Shown here piece after piece: positions 35,882 to 42,110 of a stretch of 42,110 bases of DNA; position 1 is the first letter of the stretch; each line of letters starts with the position of its first letter. The notes beneath the pieces are model-generated. The model was not told the origin of the DNA and ran no database searches. It saw only the letters and a list, made by a program, of their open reading frames with translations. Location of the stretch: positions 1-42,110 of the forward strand of contig NW_021835162.1 in the NCBI RefSeq assembly GCF_006345805.1, in the 5' to 3' direction. The stretch is from Octopus sinensis (lineage: Eukaryota). The position numbers and the translations under genes are program-made.

Positions 35882-37619
35882 GTCTATAGTGAACAAAAGG
35901 AATCAAAATAACATTAAACAATATTAAAGTATAATTACAAAGATTATTTAGAGATTTTAATCATGTAATCGGTGATTTTTTGAGAATGATTAGTTTGATA
36001 ATTTCTTAAAATTTTTGTATTTCGTATACTTTTCCTCTTTGTTCATAATCATTCTCAAGAAACCATAATTCAAGTGCCTTCGCATATTCACTAGCTTCAT
36101 ATAGTGTCGGAACATAAATTTTTTCATCTTCTTCTTCAACTTGGTCTTGTTGTTTTAGTTTTCTCGCAAAGTTTTGTATAAAGTTTTCGTCGTCAATTTG
36201 ATCATTTGCATGAATCAAAAAATTTTCATCATCTATTTCTTCTATTTCTGTCAGGTTCTGTATTAACGCATTTTCAAATGCTTTCTTGAAACAATTTGTA
36301 ATTGTTAATTCCGACACTTCTAACCAAGCTTGTTTTATGAATATCAAGCAATTCAATAGAGTGAATTTCTTCAACTTTTCCGTAACTTTTTCGTGATCTA
36401 CATTGTCATCATTAGTATAAAATTCAATCAAGTGTGCACATAGGAGTTGTCTATACCTGTCTTTGAATGATTTATTATTCCTTGATCAAGGGGTTGTAAC
36501 TTCGATGTTGTATTTGGAGGGAAAAAAAAGAGTTCGATGTTACTGTTCTAATTTTCTATTAAGGCTTTCTGTAAAATTTTCAATCACAGAGGTTTCAAAA
36601 AATTGATTTTCCCCACATAAAGCACGGGAAGCAATGCAATATCGATTTTTAAATTTCTCAAGCCATCCATTTGATGCTTGAAATCCTTGAATATTACAAA
36701 CTTTCGCCATTTTTAGAGACATGGACTTCAAAAGATATTCATTGATTGTAAATCCAAATGATCGTTTTTTAACGAACCATTCAAATAGATCTCTGTCGAA
36801 TGGTTGTGACTTGGGCAAGTAAATTTTCTCCTTTATTGGTCATCTTGAACATTAAGAATTCCTTCAGAATTTTTCAAAATTTTGTTTATGCAGCCCAGAG
36901 AAACATTGAAATAAAGGGATAAATCGCGCTGTGTGTAATGTCTATTTTTATGATAAAATTCGATTATTTCCTTCACTGAAATGGAGCATATAGCTATATC
37001 TCTACACGAATATTCACACGGAGGAGTAAACAAATCAGAAAAGTCATTCGAAATTGTGAAGTATGTAAATTTGCCTGTCAATTGAAAGTTTTAATTCTTT
37101 TTAATTTTTAATGTAGATTGGTGATATGAATCATCATATCTTTGCTTTTTCTCGGAATGAAAGATTTCAACAACTTAAGATCACTTTTCTACCTATATGG
37201 ACATTGCAAAATTTTGCAATCAGATTCAAGAATGTATCTCTGAGAGATCTATGCGAAGGGTTCAATCTAGTTCAGATACATGGAAGACCAAACAATCCCC
37301 GTACACAGGGGATGGATAAATTCGAGTCTCCATTCTATCAGGAGGCTGAAATAATTAACATTTTATCAAATAATCGAGTCGAGGCAAATCAATCATTTTT
37401 ATTTAATAGATAAAATATGCTAAAGGAGAGATATGGAGGGTACCAATGGCAAGACTAAAAAATGATTAATTTTAATATTTTTTGTTAAAATGCATTATTC
37501 TTTCAAGTTATTCGATGATTAAAAATTGACATCTACAAGGTCAAAAATGTATGAAATATGAGTCTCCAAAAGTTCAGTTTGAATGTGTTGATTAATTTCG
37601 AAATCATTAATTCTTAATT

Positions 37620-37770
37620 CATTTATTTTTAGACATCTATGGCACTTAGCATTATCAAGAAGAATCAAATTTTTTTTGATTTTGTGAAGACATTTCATCA
37701 TTATTTGTTGTAACCAATTGTTAAAAATATTAATAGTCATCCACGTATTTTAGAACGCATCGAATATAAC
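37620..37770 (-). mobile_element. pogo-type DDE_1 fragment
   Basis: WMTINIFNNWL..LILLDNAKCH. Confidence 0.6.
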
Positions 37771-38540
37771 CTTATCGAGGTGGTCGGCAGATCCCAAAGA
37801 AGAGGGGAGAGATTGAAGTGGTCTAGAACATTAAATGAGGTCATCTGGGTGGATGCAGTGATGTGGTCTGTGGAGAAGGAAATGGTGGCTCGAGCGGATC
37901 TTTAATAGGTGTACAAAGATTTTGCTGATTCTGATTTATCGACAAGGAGAAGTGCGGAGTTTTGTAGTTTATTGTGTTCAAGTGATCTTATGACTTGAAT
38001 GGAAACGTTGTTGTGTATTTGTTTGGACATGGTTGATCAGTAGTCTTAATCGGTTCACAAGAATGTAATGAAATGTTTTTGTTTCTTTACAAGGTAACAC
38101 AATATTGAGGGTATGGCCTGTTCAGGACCTCATAGAGGAATTGTAATCCTCGTATTTCTAAATGATGACTGACAAAAAAATCCTGGATTCCCTATTAAAG
38201 GTGGTCGATGGCTGTCGATGGCGAAATCTAGTAACTGTGGGGAGGGCAGCGTTCAGGAGCGCTGAAGTTTTTGTAAGTTCGTGAGGGATAAACTCTAAAA
38301 ACAGCATGGCCTAGGATAATTTGTATACTACTATATTTTGAATAAAAATAAGATTTATTTCACAAAGCAAAATTATTTTTGACCTCATGATTATTCAATC
38401 TCAAAGTTTAGAAAATTGGGATTATTCATTTATACTTTTTTGACAATACATTCAATACTTTTTTTGACAGTTGATAGGTAATATTAATAGAGAAAGATTT
38501 TTTCTGATTTATTTTTTAAGGAACTATTTATTGTTTCAAC

Positions 38541-39103
38541 GAGGGGTTCTCAACCTTTTTTACCGTCGACCCGTTGATTTTTTTATTTAATCGACCCCCT
38601 TATGTTGGAAAATAGAGTAGCGATTGTGCTATTTCGTTCCACAATTTTGGATAAGTCTCTTTCACTTTGATATTTTACCAAAAAATAACTGACGTTTGTA
38701 AGTCATCATAATATAGTTTTAATTTTGGATTGAATTTTAAAATAATTAATTCCTCTTGAATATTTTCTTTTTCTTCTTCTGGATTCGACAAAAAAGGATT
38801 AATCATCCAAGATGAATTTCTAATTCAAGAATATCTTGAAATCGGAGAATCAAATCTTTTTCTATAATCTTTTTCATAAATCCAAATGCCAAATATTCAT
38901 TTTTATATTGACGAATTTTTAATGTAGACGGACGATTCATACAAGAACAAAATCTGGCATTGTAATTTTAAAAATTTTAAAAAACAAAGGTTTACCACTT
39001 TAAAAATAAACTAACTTAATTTAAAATGAAAAAATTATTAAATTAATATTCGACCCCTTACGATGATCTGGGCTGATTTTCGAGCCTAGGTTGAGAACCA
39101 CTG
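38541..39103. mobile_element. Non-autonomous hAT (Charlie/Buster-type) derivative, ~200 bp upstream of PLAA
   Basis: Ends gaggggttctcaacct / aggttgagaaccactg; TSD gtttcaac / gtttaaac (1 mismatch); internal remnant WMINPF. Confidence 0.75.
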
Positions 39104-39302
39104 GTTTAAACAACCTGGAAATATGAAAACAAGTATCGGCGGTATATTTTCTTTTTACAGATGATTTTTCAATTTCAATTTTTAATTTTTATATTACTTA
39201 AATGATATCAAAATATAAATTTTTTTGATTTTTTATTTTTTTATTATTTTGTTTGAATAATGAAATAAACTGTTAAACGTTTTTGCTTCTTGTCGGTTCG
39301 AA

Positions 39303-41686
39303 ATGTTTAAAATTAGTCAATCTATTAATGCACATTCTGACGACGTAAGATGCATATTTATTGACTCTGCAACATCCTTTCTAACATGTTCAAGAGATAA
39401 ATATGCCAAAAAATACATTCTTAACTAGTATTTACAAACCTGTCAAATTCCCAGCCAATCTGGGCTATTTGAGGAACAGTACAGAACATTTGACCACCCA
39501 AAGTATGTTTCCTCAGTCTCCCATTTCCCCCCAAATACTCAATTCCCCAACGGCCTTGTTATAACAGCTTGTTACGATTCAAAAATAAGAGCATTTGATC
39601 TTACAAATCCAGAACCAATATTTACACTGAACAGTCATCGAGGAGAAGGCTCTAATCTAATATATATTTGATAGTATCATGCCTACATGTTCACAACTCA
39701 GTCTTGATAAGTGGATCGTTGGACTCTTCTGCCGTAGTTTGGTTTGATTTTAAAGAGAAATATCGACTGGAAGGCAATTTTGGTTTCTTAAGTCTTTAGG
39801 ACATTCACTTCCGGTGTGGGATGTGGCCATTTACAGGGATGAGTTATACCTGACTGCCTCTGCTGACAGGACTATCAAATTATGGGAGGGTTGTTCGTTA
39901 CGGGCTACTTTCTGGGGGCATTCTGATTGTGTGCGTGGGTTGTCGGTGGATGACGAATTGGACACCTTCTTTTCATGTTCGAACGACGGAACAGTCAAAT
40001 GCTGGACATATGAGTCAAATCAGAGTTTGGAGACTTACTATGGCCATACCAACTATGTGTATGGAGTACAGGGCAGAGGAGGGGATTCATTGGTGTCCTG
40101 TGGGGAAGACAGGTCTGTAAGGGTGTGGAAATGTGGGGAATGTGTGTCCACAGTTGTACTTCCCGTCCAATCTGTGTGGTCTGTTTCTTTTTTTCCAAAT
40201 GGAGACATTCTGACTGGCTCATCGTAGTTATCCTGGTCCATTTTAGTGATGGGATTGTCCGTATTTTTACCCAAGATCAAAGTCGGTATGCTAGTCCCAG
40301 AGATCAAGAGGCATTCTCCGCCGCAGTGGCTTCGATGAACATTCCAGCACAGATCGGGGACCTCTCCACTGAGGCTATTCGAGGAGAGGATTCACTGAGT
40401 GAGAGAGGTGGGTGTGCCCTTAGGAAATATTGCAGGGTCGAAGGAGGGGGAGATTCGAATGGTGAGAGAGGAGAGTGGAGATGTCCTCGCCTACAGTTGG
40501 TCGACCGTGGAGGAACGTTGGCTGAAGATAGGACGAGTAGTGGGGGCGAATGACAGTTCTAAGCAACTACATGAAGGCCGGGTGGTTTCCGTGTGTATCA
40601 GACACAGGAATATGATTATGTCTTTGATGTGGAGTTGGAGGAACTGCTTCCTGGACTCAGACTCAAATTGCCGTATAACATTGGTGAGTCTTATGAGGAG
40701 GCTGCCGACAGATTTGTGTCTGAAAATGACCTTCCTCAATTTTATAAAGAACAGATTGTCGACTTTCTTAAGGCGAATACTTCCAAAACTAATTCGAGTT
40801 TGACTTGGTTGTGTATTTTAGACAAATCAGCTGCGTGTACTGTATATTCTAATCTTCAGTTGGAGGCCATGTCGAGTTGTGTTGTGGGGATTATTTTGGC
40901 AGATAAGATCAAGGAGTTGTCTGATTTGGTCCCCTCTGAGTGGAGGATCAGTGATTTGGAGTGGAATGTTATTCGGGAGGTCGACAAATCGGTGGACTCA
41001 ATGCTTCCTGTGCTCAAAAAACTGATAAACTGGCCTGCAGGTGTTATATGTGGTGATGTGTGTTAGAATATATATTCCCTGTGGTGGATATGATGAGGTA
41101 TATCATGGCTGTGTTCCCCCAGGACATGTTTTTTGTGCTCAAAACTATTTTCCCCGACGAAGGCGAGTTGAGTGGTGTGCTTAGAGAGTGGTTTATTCAG
41201 GCAAGTAAAAGCAGATCTCCAATTCTCAAGTTTATTGCCAATGGACTGGCCTGTGTGAGGAGCAGGGAATATTTTGTGTGTTTGTTGGGTAAATTGAAAA
41301 GTTTGCTGTTTGAATTTGTGGGGTGGCCTGTGGGGGGACAGTCGTTCCCGGTCAATCTCGTATCCCCGTTTCTGACCGTGCTAGTCAATGCGGTCATTTC
41401 TGTCAGGTCACTGGGTGGAAGGGAGGACACTCGGGATGACCTTTCGACTCTTATGATATCCTTTCTTCGAGTTTATATCACTTTCCCTGAGAGGAAGGAT
41501 GAGAACGTGGTGACTGGGCTCAATGTTTTGGGGACTTTGCTTAGTGGGGACTCACGCTTGTCTGCTTTGGTGTTGAGTTCTCTCAACTTTGATGAGCTTT
41601 TGGGGGATATTATTGAATTAAATGTCGGTGGTGGGGCTGTAGCTGCTGCCAAGGAAGTTCGTTCGATTATTCAGAACTCCCTTTAG
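39303..41686 (+). CDS. PLAA: Phospholipase A2-activating protein / Doa1 (WD40-PFU-PUL), 10 exons
   Basis: Introns 39428-39454, 39649-39674 (GC), 39774-39799 (GC), 40224-40246, 40408-40435, 40582-40607, 40798-40821, 40876-40902 and 41041-41066 give an open 717-codon frame containing HSDDVR, SADRTIKLW, GHSDCVRGL, SCSNDG, GEDRSVRVW, EYDYVFDV..LKLPYN and WP.EYIFP..D. Confidence 0.93.
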
Positions 41687-41794
41687 TCACGTGTCTTTGT
41701 TTTCAGCTTATTTTCAACTGTTTTTTGATTATTTAAGAAATTAGTTTTATTTTTATTTAAATGACAAATCGATATATTTAATTAATTTAAAATA

Positions 41795-42110
41795 ATGATC
41801 AAGTGGTTTGGACGTGGAGTTGAGTTGCTATTCAATCATCAGTCACTCCGATCTACCTCAAGCCATCAATTTTCAAGGCAAGTTTCTCTGAGGCTATAAA
41901 GCAGGCGTCACGCCATTGCCTTTCTGGGTAGCTCTTTGTGTACTCTGGGTGTCGGTCTGGGGACGTTTGCTTATGTAAATCCTACGCTTCATTCAAAGGT
42001 GGCTGGTTTATTAGAATCTTTGAAAAATATAAATATGGAAAAAATTGTTAATTTTTTTTAATTATCTTTAATTTTAGATTTCATTAAATTTATTGGAAAA
42101 TAAAAGTCAA
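41795..42110 (+). CDS. Partial gene: presequence-like N-terminus plus one TM helix (MIC60/mitofilin-like architecture, unconfirmed)
   Basis: ATG at 41795. The frame stays open only via a 27-nt AG|GCAAGT..cag intron (41878-41904), giving AIAFLGSSLCTLGVGLGTFAYVNP. Second intron near 42047; runs off the window. Confidence 0.45.

Larger units (their letters stand above)
33844..36985 (-). mobile_element. pogo/Tigger-like element (internally deleted), interrupted by a hAT
   Basis: TA|cagtcaaccctctctataatgaac terminus; HTH (TQRDL..FNVS..CINKILKN), CENP-B HTH (LFEWF..FQASNGWLEKFKNR) and DDE remnant PPNTTSKLQPLDQGII..FK. The other terminus was not found. Confidence 0.8.

Noticed and set aside
37230-38300. 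Integrase-like IHGRPNNPRTQG and endonuclease-like LGSADH peptides
   Set aside because: Probably TE debris, but each rests on one short motif and boundaries cannot be defined.
6741-41686. Non-standard genetic code (stop-codon reassignment)
   Set aside because: In-frame stops in conserved genes fall within mini-introns or follow an indel; spliced frames use the standard code.

Overview
This is AT-rich eukaryotic (metazoan) nuclear DNA. Compact, intron-rich housekeeping genes sit between dense tracts of decayed and nested transposons. Manual splicing recovers UQCRC2, a divergent 14-3-3, EXOSC1, GATAD1, RPS3A, BTBD10/KCTD20, RPSA, an Lhx1/5 LIM-homeobox gene, PLAA/Doa1, a partial gene at the right edge and an isolated axonemal dynein (DNAH2-like) fragment. 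All ~50 introns I could place are only about 23-33 nt, many at positions shared with vertebrate orthologues. They show almost no consensus beyond the terminal dinucleotides, and 3-4 use GC donors. Mini-introns, metazoan genes and an axonemal dynein fit a dicyemid mesozoan best (inference, not verified). Mobile elements include hAT, an IR/DR-type Tc1, pogo, Merlin, CRE- and RTE-clade LINE fragments and a tRNA-derived SINE. The most interesting unexplained signals are: (i) the mini-intron system with frequent, non-consensus GC donors; (ii) a strand-composition switch within most genes, from a C/A-rich 5' part to a G/T-rich remainder; and (iii) a 2.07-kb hAT inserted in what looks like a 29-nt 5'-UTR intron of RPSA. 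Many frameshifts are single-base deletions and are probably long-read consensus errors. I found no clearly novel multi-gene system.
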